From Octopus vulgaris (lineage: Eukaryota): 64,000 nt of DNA. Below the pieces are notes generated by a model. It searched no databases, was not told the origin of the DNA, and saw only the letters and a program-made list of their open reading frames with translations. Of the stretch, positions 25,960-39,340 are shown piece after piece. Both the position numbers and the translations under genes were made by a program. The stretch lies in contig OX597825.1 in assembly GCA_951406725.2 (NCBI GenBank), forward strand, positions 58,280,001 through 58,344,000, read 5' to 3'. How positions within the stretch are numbered: the stretch's first letter is position 1; each line of letters begins with the position of its first letter.

Positions 25960-26250
25960 TTTGATGGCCGTCGTGTATTGTACTATTGCTTATATATAGC
26001 TGTATTATCTACCTATATACTGTAGTGTGGCCAAATCTACCTGTATTTTGCATTATGGCCATAACTATTTGTATTCAGTATTATGACCATACCTACCTCT
26101 ACTGTATAATGTAACCATATTTTGTCTTGTGATTATACCTACCTATGTCATGACGAGATCTACTTATACTGTGGCTATATCTACCTGTATTCTATTTTAT
26201 AGTTATAATTTACACTTCTGTTTTATATTGTGACCATATCTAACTATAGT
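25960..26250. repeat. Degenerate ~27-nt tandem repeat upstream of PDCD7 exon 4
   Basis: recurrent tggccatat/ctacctgtat units. Confidence 0.5.
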
Positions 26251-26329
26251 GTAGAAGCACTCTGCTCTGCTTTCATTTTTAATGATGTTCCTTTCTGCTT
26301 GAAATGAGTTTTCTCTGAATGATTTGCAG

Positions 26330-26461
26330 GCGAGGCTGAAACGCTTACGGAAAAAAAAATATGAAGAACGAGAAAGGGCTATGTCTTTCAGGAAGGAACT
26401 GCATCGGACATTGGATGATTGGAGAGATTCCATATCTCAGAAAGAACAGCAAATTAAACAG
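26330..26461 (+). CDS. PDCD7: PDCD7 exon 4
   Basis: ttgcag/ ARLKRLRKKKYEERERAMSFRKELHRTLDDWRDSISQKEQQIKQ /gtaagg; 132 nt. Confidence 0.9.
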
Positions 26462-26774
26462 GTAAGGGATGATGATGATGACGATGATGATTGTTGTGGT
26501 GGTCTGTTTTTTTTTAATTTTGTTTTTTTGTTAGTTTTTTGGGTAAATTTTCTATTTCAATTTGACAGTAATATGCATATTCAGAAATCTATCCTGTTCC
26601 CCTACCCTTTATTTATTTTTCTCCCTTTAACTGCCTGATTACAAAACTAATATGTATATATATATACTCTTAGAAAATAGGTATGGGTTTGTGTCGGGAA
26701 GGGCATTCAACTGTAAAACAGTGCCTCAATAATATATTCGTGTTACCTATAGGAACATGAAAAAATAACAAGTG

Positions 26775-26807
<33 letters not shown>

Positions 26808-27483
26808 TTGGTAAATCATAAATCCCACCAAAAAGTACATTCCTATTTATAGAGCAGTATAGTATAAAGATAGATAAGGCCGGTGTCTATGGGATAATCC
26901 CATAGACTGACCTTATCTATCTTTATATATATATATATATATATATTTATTTATCCATCTGTCCATCCATCTTCTTCTCCCACTGTTCCTGGAAGGGTTG
27001 TAGGGGTAGAATCCCCAAGCACCTCCTCCACAGGTTCCTATCAGAAATATTAGACTTCCTTGACTGGATTCCCAAGCGTGACCAAATGAAGCTATGGATA
27101 TTACCCAACCATCTCATTCTTAGTCAACTGCCTTGTGTCCTACCTGTTGGCTTGGCTTGAAGAATCCATCTTGCTTGCCTTTCCTGTGACATTCTAATCA
27201 CATGTCTGTAATACCAGAGTTGTGACTAAGTTCATAACAACACTTCTACATCTATGTTGTTATGTCTGTGTACTTTTTTGTACAATCTTTATATTGATTT
27301 AACTAGCAGGCCTTGAAAAGGATATGACCATTGCCTCTATTGCCTCTTTTCCCTTTCTTTAACTAATTAAAGTGATTTTAATTAAAAGTTTTTACAAAAA
27401 TGATTCTTTCATACTGGGAATGTAGAACTGGAGTATTTCTCGGAATATTCTCTGATATCTAACTGGTTTACTTGTATTTTTAG

Positions 27484-27622
27484 GAGAAAGAAATGAAAGT
27501 GGCTGTTGACTCAGTCCTGGGTGAAGTTCGTAAGAAGAAGTCTGATGTTGCCAAAATGCTGGAACTGATTGGAAACTTGAGTAAACTGAGGAAAATCCGC
27601 AAAGAGAATGTTGCTAAGAAAG
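27484..27622 (+). CDS. PDCD7: PDCD7 exon 5
   Basis: EKEMKVAVDSVLGEVRKKKSDVAKMLELIGNLSKLRKIRKENVAKKG resembles vertebrate PDCD7 ELKAAADGVLSEVRKKQAD..LEKLRKLRKEAAARKG; phase 0-1. Confidence 0.93.
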
Positions 27623-28489
27623 GTGTGTTTGCATGTTTTTTTTTTTGACCATTTTGAGATGGAAGGAAGAAACCTTGTAGCTTTTTATATCCTAGATTCC
27701 TGCATAAATCAGAAGTATCCACTCAAAAAATCTCATTACCTTTACCATTTCTTGAAGAATGTCATGTTTGAAACGACTTTCCATTGAGATATGTCAAGTT
27801 CATTTAAAGCTTGAAGAAAATACCAATTCTATTTTTTGATAGATATTGGAATAACTTCGAAATTTAATTGCACAGTTAAAGTGTTAAGGTTCATCATCTA
27901 ATCTACCTGCTTCTATATCTTCAGAGGTGGGCTAGAGTTTTTTATTTATTTTTATTTCCGTGGAACTTTGGCAGTTGTCCATGCATACAAATCTTCCTTC
28001 TCCATGCCAACTGTTGCTTGAGGGAAAGGCTACTGCTCTTGGGTCAACAGAGTTCAGTACCAGTGATGCTGCATGCATTGCTGTCTGAAAGCAAAGCCTG
28101 GAACAGATACATTTTCCCCTACATGCTAATGATTCTGTCAGTTTGATGCCTTACCTATATTCATAATATTGATTTCAAATTTTGGCACAAGGCCAGCACT
28201 GTTTGTGGGAGTAAACTGATTTACACTGACCCCAGTGTTCAACTGGTACTTATTTTATCACCCCACAAAGAGGCAAGGCAAAATCAATCATGGCAGAATT
28301 TGAACTCAGAATGTAAAGATGGATGAAATGCCACAAAGTATTTTGCCTGGCATGTTAATGATTCTGCCAGCTTGCCACCAATTATTAACAGCTACACCAA
28401 CATTTTATAAAAGTGTAATTAATCCCCCTAAATCATGAGAAAATATGATTTATTTCTTTCATCTTAATGTTTTTGTTTATCTCCTTCAG

Positions 28490-28602
28490 GCTTATATACA
28501 TTATTCCATTCTGATAAGAAATTTGAGGAAGACATCTCTGGCTTACAAAGGATGCTGAATAACCAGATGGATGTCTATGAAGCAGAGCAGCGTACCCTTA
28601 TG
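28490..28602 (+). CDS. PDCD7: PDCD7 exon 6
   Basis: ttcag/ LYTLFHSDKKFEEDISGLQRMLNNQMDVYEAEQRTLM /gtaaac (cf. YEAEERALRVML); phase 1-0. Confidence 0.93.
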
Positions 28603-28793
28603 GTAAACCTATCATTATTCACCAGTTCATCCACACACCCTTGTATTATTATATTTTCCTTCATTTGCTTTATTTTTGTTGTCCCATATACAGACCCTGT
28701 GTTAAATACTGAACATCACTGGTCAGTCAAAAATATTTCATGTTAAATTTTGGATTAGGTAGTCAGAAAGAGGAAAATAAAAATAATCCCCAT

Positions 28794-29190
28794 TTTACTC
28801 TTTTACTTGTTTCAGTCATTTGACTGTGGCCATACTGGAGCACCACCTTTAGTCAGCAAATCGACCCCAGGACTTATTCTTTGTAAGCCTAGTACTTATT
28901 CTATCTGTCTCTTTTGCCGAACCGCTAAGTTACGGGGACGTAACACACCAGCATCGGTTGTCAGGCAATGTTGGGGGGACAAACACAGACACACAAACGT
29001 ATACATGCACATGTATATACATATATACGATGGGCTTCTTTGAGTTTCCGTCTACTAAATCCTCTCACAAGGCTTTGGTCGGCCCAAGACTATAGTAGAA
29101 GACACTTGCCCAAGGTGCCACGCAGTGGGACTGAACCCAGAACCATGGGTTTGTAAGCAAGCTACTTACCACACAGCCTCTCCTACGCCC
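28794..29190 (-). mobile_element. tRNA-derived SINE, near full length (others at 39471..39805, 40610..40925, 53815..54475, 61178..61580)
   Basis: head ggcgtaggagaggctgtgtggtaag..gggttcagtccc; tail ctccagtatggccacagtcaaatgactgaaacaagtaaaagagt. Confidence 0.8.
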
Positions 29191-30731
29191 CTCTAGAAAA
29201 TCATTTATGAGTTAGCAATCAGAAGGGCATCCAGTTATATTATGTTTGAATAATAATATGTATTTATCTAACCCAGGGGTAGGAAACCTCTGCGAGCAAA
29301 TTCTGTTGTGCCCACAGGCTTATATAATCGCATGTACAAATTATGGAAATTTTTCAATTATATAATTTATACAATATTCATATGCCTATTTGTAACATAG
29401 GTCGCATATCCACTACAATTTAAAATGGTTAGACTCAAACAGAAATTGTTCCATTTGAATGGAAATTTTGTTTTCACTACAAAACAAATATTGCTAGGTT
29501 TGTACCACCTCCTTGAGACCCAACTATACTCTAGCTAAAACATATAGAATACTGCATAAGTAATATAAATGTCCTAAATTCAGTGGCAGCTTTAATGAAG
29601 TTAATTTAATGTGTTAAACTTATCTTTATTAATGTATATCAAATTATACATAGAAGACCTGTCAAGCCAAGTGAAATCGTAGTTATGGCCAATACCTGTG
29701 TCATGTAACTGGCACCTGTGCTGGTAGCCCTTAAAAAGCACCCTTCAAACATTGGGCCTTACCAAGGAAATAATAAGTGACTGAGACCTTTGATCATATG
29801 TTGTGCCTGAGAAAACCCATCAAGCCAAGTGAAATTATAGTCATGGCCAATGCCGGTGTTACATAACAGGCACCTGTGCTGGTGGCATGTAAAAAAAAAT
29901 CACCCATTACACTCTTGGAGTGATTGGTGTTAGGAAGGGCATCCAGCTGTAGAAACCATGCCAAATCAGATGGAAACCTGGTGCAGCCCCCCCCTCCCAG
30001 CTTCAGTCAAACTGTCTAACCCATGCCAGCATGGAAAGCAGACACTAAATGATGATGATGATGATGATGAATAAGGGTAGGAGGGAAGACATTTACCTCA
30101 ATAAAGTTTGTGCTCAATGCAATGCTGGACATGACCATACCTGCTAGGCTCTTTAATTGTACCATTCTACCTGCAGTTATATGGCAGTGAGATGTGGCTT
30201 ACTAGGAAGAGGGAAGAAGATCGATTGGCTATGATGCAAAAGGCCTCTAGGAATATCACTGCGAGAGCATATCTAAAATGAGATAATTTGTGAATAGAGA
30301 AGAGTGAATGACATGATTGCAGAACATGGAAAGCACAAGTTCCTCTAGACTGGACATGTTGCAAAGTTTACAGTTGGTAGATGGACCTGTGCAGTTGCTG
30401 AGTGGTTTCCAAGAGATTGGTAAAAGCCTCTTGGAAGGCCTCCAAACCAATAGGAAGACAATTTAGTTAAATGATTTGGGCCAAGATGGAAAAGAATGTT
30501 GCAATCAAGAAAGTCTTGGAAGCGCATTGTGATCAGTGATATATAACATCTGATAGTCTGGTCAATATAATGATACAGCTTTACACACGCATGCAAAAAA
30601 GTTGTGTAATGACATATTTGCATGTGTGCGTGTGGGTGTATGGTGGCATATAGATTCTTGTATGCCTGTACACTAACCCTCACGCTTTTAATCTGATGCT
30701 TTGTCTAAAATGTGTTTGTTCCTTGTTGCAG

Positions 30732-30852
30732 GTTATGCTGGAATGTGAACAGGAAGAGACCAAAGAACGTGAACGTGCAAAGTCACACAAAGTTAAGAAA
30801 GAAATTGAGAAGCGAGAGAAGAAACGCGAACTACAACTTCTGTTTGGCAAAG
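30732..30852 (+). CDS. PDCD7: PDCD7 exon 7
   Basis: VMLECEQEETKERERAKSHKVKKEIEKREKKRELQLLFGK /gtttgt; phase 0-1. Confidence 0.93.
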
Positions 30853-31149
30853 GTTTGTGGAAACATTTTTTGCATTTAGCTAATATCCCTTTCTGGAACA
30901 ACGCTCCTACACATACCCTTTGATTTCTTGTATTTTAGTGATATGGACTAGGTTAGTGGTCTGCAACCTTTTTTTTTCACTTATGGTACACTTATATTCT
31001 TTTCAAAATTCGATGGTACACCTAAACTAAAAATATAACTAAAATGTCAAAGTTTGCTTGAAGCATTGTCTGATATGTAACATAGAAAGAGATAGAAGGC
31101 TAAACAATGTAAAATGGTTTGGAAGATGAGGTAACGATGATTAAGTTAC

Positions 31150-32970
31150 CCAGTAATCTTTGTTTTGTATTTATTGTTGTTGCTGTTGTTCTTTTAACTG
31201 TCCAATATTTCAAGACCAAAAAATCCCTTCATCAGGGTTTAAGGAACTTTCAGTGAATAATGTTCCAATTTCCTCTCTTTGAGATAAAATTTTTGATTTG
31301 ATTAAAATTTTTTCTCCAGTTTTTTGAGAGCGTTTTTGATAGTTACTTCGCTTTACACGTGAATGACATTAATTACCAATATAGTATTTTGCGAGATCAA
31401 TTTTTTTGTTGTATGAGATTATAATGGAAGGCAAGGTTTACGATATCAGAAGAATATCATCTTTTTGTTCTTTGTATAGTTCAGGCTTCCGGCAGGTGAA
31501 GAGAGAAAACTTTAAGTACAAATGCTATTTACAACTGGTTTTATTTACAAGTTTTATAGGATAGGTGAAGTGTGCTGCTCTCAGCTACCATCTTTAGCTG
31601 TGTGCTTTGTGCAGTAGCTCCAACAGTGCAGGTGCAAATTGCCTCTGGAGGTACACATGCAGAAAGATCCAGCCAGTGGTGGTGTTTAACCAGCGCTGCT
31701 GTGAAGTGGCACCAAAAGAGAGAGGTCTGAATCGGGTTTTCCCATTGCAAGCCTCGTTGTGATCTTGTGCATGGCAAATGGATGCAGATGAGGTCTCGCT
31801 CCAGTCCCGGAGATGGCAATGGCTCATCCAATATGGCGCTGATTGCTTGTGCCGCTACAAAGTGTTTAGTTTGTGTGCCTGTGGGTCTTTCTTTTTATGT
31901 CAAGTATTGTGTGCTGAGTTCTAATCTATCATTTATTTGCAGGTTGAGTCTATGTATGAGCAAGGCTTCCTTGATTTTCAAGTTGCCCACATTTCTATCA
32001 CTGGCTTTATGTTGGTTGATGTTTCTACATTTGTCAATGTGCTTCTTGAATGAGGATGCGCATGTGTTGAGGTGTTCTTTAATGCCAGTGAGGAGTGTTC
32101 GAATTGTACTACCAATGTAGAACTCCTTACATTTATTGCATTCAGTCTGGTATACCTCATGTCTGCTGGTACATACCTGTATCACGGATAGGCTAGTTGA
32201 TTGTTGTCTCTGGATTGCTTTTTAGACAGGTATCCATGCAGAGAAGGGTTGGAATGTGCTAACTGTATGTCCAGTCCTTTGTGGATTGCTCTGCGGATAG
32301 CTTTGGTTATGCTTTTGCTAAGATGTAATTTCATGAAACAGATGTCACAGGAGGTCTTATGACAGCGGCACCTTTGATTCTTAAGTCAACTCGTTGTGGA
32401 TGTTGGGTATCCATTCATCTTCAGTACATCTATGAAGTGCACTGTGTGAGTGATCTGGCCTTCTATCTTGCTACATTTATTCCAGATACATGTAAGTTCA
32501 TTTCTTATGTATCTGGTTTTAGCACCAAAGGGAAGAACTGATCTATAATGCACAAACAAGTCTCTGCTGGCGGTTTTCTTATAGAAGTTGATGCATATAG
32601 TACCATCATCTGTTATTCTAAGTTGTAAGTCCAGCAGAGACAAGGAACCATTTTTATCAGGGTGTTCTGTGGTAAATTATATGTTGTTATCTGCATTTGA
32701 AAATGTCATAGATATTTAGTCAGCCTCTTCACAGGATGATGTGAGGATGAGTATATCATCTATGTATTGGGTGAAGGAAACACAGGAGCAGCAGGTGTTT
32801 AGCACTCAATGTTCCAGTTGGTTCATATAGGTGATGGCTAGAAGGCCTGAGAGACTGGACCCCATGGGCAGGCCTGTTGTTTGTTTGTATGTGTGGTGAT
32901 AGAAAGTGAAATATTTATTTTCAATGATGATGGTTAGAAGCTGGTGTATGTCTAGTGGAGTGAGGGAAAT
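31150..32970 (-). mobile_element. Decayed Penelope-like element (RT + GIY-YIG endonuclease)
   Basis: minus strand YKQTTGLPMGSSLS..QYIDDILIL (~32745..32890), SLLDLQLRIT..FYKK thumb region (32386..32643), VYQTECNKCKEFYIGSTIRTL..IKEH GIY-YIG (31895..32185); CTGATGA..GAAA motif at 31201..31240. Confidence 0.88.
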
Positions 32971-33890
32971 TTGGCTACTATTTCTTGTAGGTTGAAAGAT
33001 CCTGTAAAGGAGTCACATGTAACCTTCAGCTCATGGGACTTTCCAAATGACAGCATCATCGTTTAACCTCTGCTTTCCATGCTGGCATGGGTTGGACGGT
33101 TTGACTTGGAGCTGCCAGATTCCAACTGTTTGTTAAGGCATGGTTTCTATGACTGGATACCCTTCCTAATGCCAACCACTTAACAGAGTGTGCTGGGTGC
33201 TTTTTACTTACCACTGGCTCAGGTGGTTTATGCAGCACTAGCACAGGTGCTTTAATGCAGCACCAGCATGGGTGCTCTTTAAGTGGTACTGGCACCTGAA
33301 AAGACAAACCTGTATGTGTGGAACACAGTGATTTTACTTAGCCTGATGTGTCATATCAAGTATAGCAAATTACTACATCTCCTGGTCCCTTGTCATTTCC
33401 TCAGTGAGGCCCAGCATCTGATGCCTAATGAAATAAATTACCTCCAGTTTATTTTTTAGTAATGTGGCTTACCTGATGATAAGCCTGTCTTGTGTGGCCC
33501 AGCTTCTCAAAAAGGTTACCCCTGCCTGTTGTAAAGGCTTCTTTGTTGGTTACTACTGTGGTGGATGGTTGTGTGGGGATCCTGAATAGTAGCATCTTCA
33601 TATAAAAACAGTGTGTTGCAGTGGTTACACAGAGATGACAAGGTGGACTTAGTCAATGTGGAACGATTTTGCTTTCTTTATTAGAGAAGCCTAAATTTAC
33701 TAGAACTTGTTAGTTATCTGACTCCAGGTCAACTTTAAGTGATCAAAGGTGCTTCAACCATGACCTTCTCATGCTGCTTTCAGCAGATTTAGAAACCACA
33801 TAGAAAAACCCTTAATGGGTTGCCTGTTGTTATAGTTGTGAAATAATTCTTATAGTGCCAGTAATTCTCTGGGTCTTTTCTTCCCCACAG

Positions 33891-33978
33891 ATGTCATTGA
33901 TTCAATGGATCCTTGTTACCCTTTCCTGAAATACTACACACAGGCCATTGACAATTGGGAGTCTTTTCTGCAGATTCG
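33891..33978 (+). CDS. PDCD7: PDCD7 exon 8
   Basis: ccacag/ VIDSMDPCYPFLKYYTQAIDNWESFLQIR /gtgagt (cf. PFRQYYLQAEHSLPALIQIR); phase 1-2. Confidence 0.93.
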
Positions 33979-34170
33979 GTGAGTTTTTACAACTGGAGCA
34001 ATTGTGTGTAAACAGTAATGCTGGTGTGTGTGTGCGTGGACAGTATGGTAGGTGTGTGTGTGCAAAATGAAATATAAGAATGAAAGCTGAATGAAGAGAG
34101 AACAACTGTTGTTTTGTCTTTATTACTTTAATTTGCATTGTATTGGCTTTTGAATGAATACATACACACA

Positions 34171-34386
34171 TACAAGGGAGATCTGCAAAGTTCCTGGCTT
34201 TAAGGATATTGCGAAAGGCATGGTTGGAGGCCCAACCTTCCAACTCCTTTTACAGGGTTTGGAAAAACTGAAGGACTGCTAAGTGTGTGAATCTGAGAGG
34301 GGAATATGTTGGATAAAATCATAATTAACTGATCCTCCTGTATTTTCTTTTACCCAAAGCCAAGAACTTTTCAGCATTCCCTCATA
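34171..34386. mobile_element. mariner-type MITE
   Basis: TA ends, TIRs aaagttcctggcttt / aaagccaagaactttt; same family as 782..1006. Confidence 0.75.
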
Positions 34387-34818
34387 ATATGTGTGTGTGT
34401 GTGTTTGTCTTCTTGCATTTTCGCATTGATGATTTGAGCATCTGTGACATTTGTCTCCCATAAGCATTATGTCCCATAGCTTGATGGTTTCGTTTATTCT
34501 AACATAAAGACCAGTGGAATAAAATAAAATCTTACTTGAAAAACAAGGGTTGGTGAGAGGAAGAACATCCTGCAGTTAAACAGTTTCAGTGAGTCTTGTC
34601 CAACCCATACCTGATCATTCATGGATTATATATTCATTTTGAATGGCTAGTTCTGATGACCACAATGCACTTTATTTTTTATATTTCAAAATAAGGTCTC
34701 AAATGAACACTGAAATCAAATTTTCATCTTTTTGTTAATTAAAATGTTACTACTTTGTGAAATATATAAATTTAAATACATTTTTTTACTCTCTTATTTT
34801 TTTTTTCTGTCTTTATAG

Positions 34819-34939
34819 GAGAGACTGGGATTGTTATTTGGCACCAGAAACTGCACCCGGTGCCAGTCGGATCCCTGATACTTGGGTTTTACCCCCAGAA
34901 CCTTCAAATCCAGCCTGGGCACGTTTTTTGGAAAGCTGA
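34819..34939 (+). CDS. PDCD7: PDCD7 exon 9 (terminal coding exon)
   Basis: RDWDCYLAPETAPGASRIPDTWVLPPEPSNPAWARFLES* (cf. HDWDQYL..VPQGWVLPPLPSNDIWA); summed CDS 2223 nt = 740 aa. Confidence 0.95.
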
Positions 34940-34977
34940 TATTTTCCTGTTGTAAATATAATCTGCAATTGACTGTG

Positions 34978-34983
34978 AATAAA
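34978..34983 (+). terminator. Candidate PDCD7 polyadenylation signal
   Basis: AATAAA ~40 nt after the stop, followed by GT/T-rich sequence. Confidence 0.55.
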
Positions 34984-37285
34984 CTTATTTCTTTAAGATG
35001 TGTTGCTTTGCTTCAGTTTAAAGGTTTGGTTGGTGGATGTATAGATGAATGTGTGTAGCTGATGAGAATTTTCAATGTTGTTTAGCACCAGGTCTGCCTT
35101 GTTAGTGTAGATTTATAATGAAAAACAAGATACAAGCATGGTTGGATAGTTATAAAGGCAACAGGCATTGCTTCTTAACCATGTAGTTTCATGTTTGGTC
35201 CCACTGCACAGCACTTTGGGGCAAATATCTTCTACTATAGTTCTGGGCCAAGCAAAATCTTGTGACTGAGTTTAGTGGATGGAAACTGAAAGAAGATTGT
35301 CGTGTGTGTGTGTAAATGACTTTGTGTTTCCCTCATCTTCATGTGTGCTTGCTGGTTGTAAACAATGGCTCACTGATGCTGTTGTTTGCTTGCAGTCCAC
35401 TGTGAAACAAAGCTAGGCTGCTTGATGTTGTGTGATATTTGTAAGCAGAAGGCTTATTTATATGGTGTGGCTTATTTCCAGTTCTCTACATAAACATGAC
35501 CAGGTTCTTCAATATTCAATAAATTGGAAGATTATTGCCTTGCTTGGAAACAAGTGCAGGCTGGCAACTGGATGGGCATGTGGCCACATAAAAACTTTGC
35601 CCCAACATACCCTCATATAACCTATGCGAGCCTGACAAAGTAGACACCAAAACGATAATGACCAGATACTATATATGCACACATGCATACATATACACTA
35701 AAGAAAATCCTTATACATACCAAGCAAACAACATATATTTAGACCAAATATTTTATATCATCCTCATCATTGTTTCAATGTCCACTTTTCCATGCTTGCA
35801 TGGGTGAGATGGTGAAGGCTCATGGCTCAGTAGTCAGAGCATTGGACTCAGAATGTATTGACAGATGAAATGCTTGCCCAGTGTGCTAACAACTCTGCCA
35901 GCTTGGCGCCTTAATAATTATGATGATGATGATAATAATGGTTTCAAATTTTGCCACAAGGGCAGCAAGACCCCAATACTTGACTGGTACTTAATTTATC
36001 AACCCTGAAAGGATGAAAAGCAAAGTCGACCTTGGTGGAATTTGAACTCAGAATGTAGTGGCAGATGAAATACTGCTGAGCATTTTGCCTGGTGTGCTAA
36101 TGATTCTGCCTGCTCACCACCTTAATCATAATCATAATCCTTTCTACTAAAGACACAAGGCCTGACATTTTTGGGGAGGAGACAAGTCAATTATATTGAC
36201 CCCAGTGTTTCACTGGTACTTAATTTACTGATCCCAAAAGGCTGATAGGCAAAGCTGAGCTTGGCAGAATTTGAATCCAGAACATGAAGACAGATGAAAT
36301 ACCTATTTCTTTACTACCCACAAGGGGCTAAACACAGAGAGGACAAACAGATTAAGTCAATTATATCGACCCCAGGGCGTAACTGGTACTTATTTAATTG
36401 ACCCCGAAAGGATGAAAGGCAAAGTCGACCTTGGCGGAATTTGAACTCAGAACGTAGCGGCAGATGAAATACCAGTAAGCATTTTGTCTGACTTGCTAAC
36501 AATTCTGCCAGTTCACTGATAATAATAATAATAACAGAGATAATATTCATAATATTGATGTTGATAGCAATGATGACAGACGAGTGAAGTTATAAGTTAT
36601 TTAAATACCACAAAACCTCATGCTAGCACAGAGCAAAACAAAATTTTTTGTAGACAGGTTGATGATGATGATGATGATGAGCAGAGGATAAATCTGAACG
36701 GGGTTAGTCAATACTATCAGCCCCAATATTTGACTGGTACTTTAATTCAGCAAGCCTGGAGGGATGCTTGGCAAAGTTGACCATAGCATGATTTGAACCC
36801 GGAAATACCTCATAATATTTTGTTGAACACTCTCATGATTCTGCCAATCTAGTACCCTTGTAATTAGAAGTAATGCAATTTAATTTCAAGAACTGGTTGT
36901 GCACACAAGTATAGAACACATATATTTTGATGACAGGATACATTTAATATAAATATAAAACATTGACAGGTATCAGTCCATTTAATACCATGCATTTGAA
37001 CACATAAATACTTTAGTCTTTTGTTCCATCCTAATGTTATGATGGAAAAATCCCACACAAGTCCAATAAATAATGTGAAATGTGGTACAACCATCATAGT
37101 GTCTGATGTAAATCAACAGAGGAGAAGGCAACACCAACAACATTTATGAAACATTTCAGATGGTAATATAAAAAAAAATCATCACTGTTTATCTTTTACT
37201 TGTTTCAGCCATCAGACTGTGGCCATGCTGGGGTACCGCCCCGAACTGTTGTCCAATGTGATAGTTTTTATAGCAGTATTAATAC

Positions 37286-37356
37286 TCATTTTAATGTGTT
37301 TGGTGATGTAACACCTTCAAATATGGACAGAAGATGGTTTTCAATAACATTTTGAA
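37286..37356 (-). CDS. ANKRA2: ANKRA2/RFXANK-like last coding exon
   Basis: ttcag/ VQNVIENHLLSIFEGVTSPNTLK* (cf. VQQVIESHLLKLL). Confidence 0.88.
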
Positions 37357-37763
37357 CTGAAAATAGAAGATTAAATTATTTGTATCATTTGTTTCTCATT
37401 CAACATAATTAGAAGATAATTAGAAGTTAATTATAAGATAAGCAGTATACATTATTTCAGTATGTCCTATAAAGATAGAAAACTTGAGTGCATTCCAATA
37501 GGATTTGATTGGAGCTCACAAAACAATAGAATATAATAACAAAACACAATAGGGTGTTTTATTAATTTTACCATTTAGGAAGCAAAGGCCATACATTTTG
37601 GGGTCAGAGGGAATCAATTTAGTTGACTCTGGTGTGTGTTTTACTGACCACTCTTACAGAAGGGTGAAAGACAAAGACGACTGTGACAAAATTTCAAAGA
37701 CAAAATTGAATATTACAATGCATTGCTCCCTCACTCAATAATAATGATGAAAATAATAATTAC

Positions 37764-37911
37764 CTGATTTGTGATTATGACTGACAGCTAAATCCATAGC
37801 AGTCAGTTGATCTTCATTTGCCATGGTGAGATCAGCTCCTGCTTCTAGCAGTAACTTCACACAACTGGCATGGTTATTGTTGACAGCATACATCAATGCT
37901 GTGTTACCACT
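37764..37911 (-). CDS. ANKRA2: ANKRA2-like exon 7 (ankyrin repeats)
   Basis: SGNTALMYAVNNNHASCVKLLLEAGADLTMANEDQLTAMDLAVSHNHKS /gtaatt; phase 0-1. Confidence 0.92.
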
Positions 37912-38761
37912 CTGAAAAAAAATAAAAAATAATAAACAGTTCTCTTACATCAAAAACACAAACATTTTCAACTTATAATCATCTACACAATCATGACATA
38001 AAAGAAAAAAACAAATGACTTTAATGCAGCAGTGTGCAGTGAATACAAAGATACAGAGTGTTGCAGCCAATGAGGGAGGCTGCTAGAAAAAGCAGCTGAA
38101 TCTTCCTCACATCATATTCTAATGTCTTAGCTCTTTAATTACCATGTTTTTTGTTGAAATACTCTGTTTTTGATTCACTCATCATCATCATCGTTTAACG
38201 TCTGCTTTCCATGCTAGCATGGGTTGGACGATTTGACTGAGGTATGGCGAACCAGATGGCTGCTCCAGATGCCAATCTGATCTGGCAGTGTTTCTACAGC
38301 TGGATGCCCTTCCTAATGCCAACAACTCAGAGAGTGTAGTGGATGCTTTTAAGTGCCACTGGTACAAGGGCCAGTCAGGCAGTACTGGCAATGGCCACGC
38401 TCAAATGGTGCTTTTTATGTGCCACCTGCACAGGAGCCAGTCCAGCGGCACAAGCAACGACCTCACTCAAATGTTTTTTCACGTGCCACCAGCACAAGTG
38501 CCAGTAAGGCGACGCAGGTAACGATCATGCTTGAATGGTGTTTTTTACGTGCCATCGGCTCAGAGACCAGCTTGTTGCTCTGGCAACGATCACGCTTATA
38601 TGGTACTCTTAGCGCTCCACTAGCATGGATGCCAGTCATCGAATTTGATTTTGATTCCGATTTGAAAATAATGAAAAATTTAGTACAGTAAATAAATCCA
38701 TTATGAAGCTGGTGTTGGAACATAGATTAATGTGAAATTTTGATGGATGGTTGTAATTTAG

Positions 38762-39340
38762 CAAATTAGCTCGTTAGAAAATCTCTATAAGAGACAAAAG
38801 TAGTAACCATAATGAGAAGTAATGCTTATTGCCACTTAAACATGGCTGTTCCGTAGGAGCCAACATTACTGCTATTTTTAACCCCAGGAGGATACCTCAT
38901 CCAACTGGTTATTTGATGCCATCACCTGGAGGAGGTGTCCTCCTGAGGTTAAAAATAGCAGTAATGTTGGCTCCTACGGAACAGCCATGTTTAAGTGGCA
39001 ATAAGCATTACTTCTCATTATGGTTACTGTGTTCATCTCTCATAGAAATTTTCTAAATTGCTAATTTGCTTGTTGCAAGGTCAGTGGCTGATTGTCACTT
39101 GTTTTCTATATACTGTGAGCTGGAGTGTCACTTGTTCTCTATATATTACAAGCTGGAGAGAACTACTGCTATCTCTAATGAATGAGTATCCACCATCGAA
39201 GATGACCACAAAGAGATCGAAACCATAAGGTCTGGTGGTGTCATGGCTGGAAGATGGTAGGAGTTCATTTCCCTGCTCTCAATATAGCTGGAGGAGGCAC
39301 CCTCCTGGGGTTAAAAATAGTAGGCAATAAGCATTACTTT
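38762..39340. mobile_element. Non-coding fold-back insertion with hammerhead motif and 12-bp TSD
   Basis: gttgtaatttag at 38750..38761 and 39341..39352; perfect 82-bp inverted arms 38802..38883 / 38947..39028. Confidence 0.8.
39190..39238 (+). ncRNA. Type I hammerhead ribozyme-like motif (core variant TCGAAGA)
   Basis: CCACCA-TCGAAGA-T-GACC(acaaaga)GATC-GAAA-CC(ataa)GG-TC-TGGTGG; GUC triplet at 39230..39232. Confidence 0.65.

Noticed and set aside
27745-27782. ttgaagaa..gaaacgac hammerhead-like string
   Set aside because: No convincing stems I or II
8202-34818. Possibility that constitutive PDCD7 introns are U12-type
   Set aside because: All eight donors are U2-type (gtatgt, gtaaca, gtaagt, gtaagg, gtgtgt, gtaaac, gtttgt, gtgagt); none is RTATCCTT
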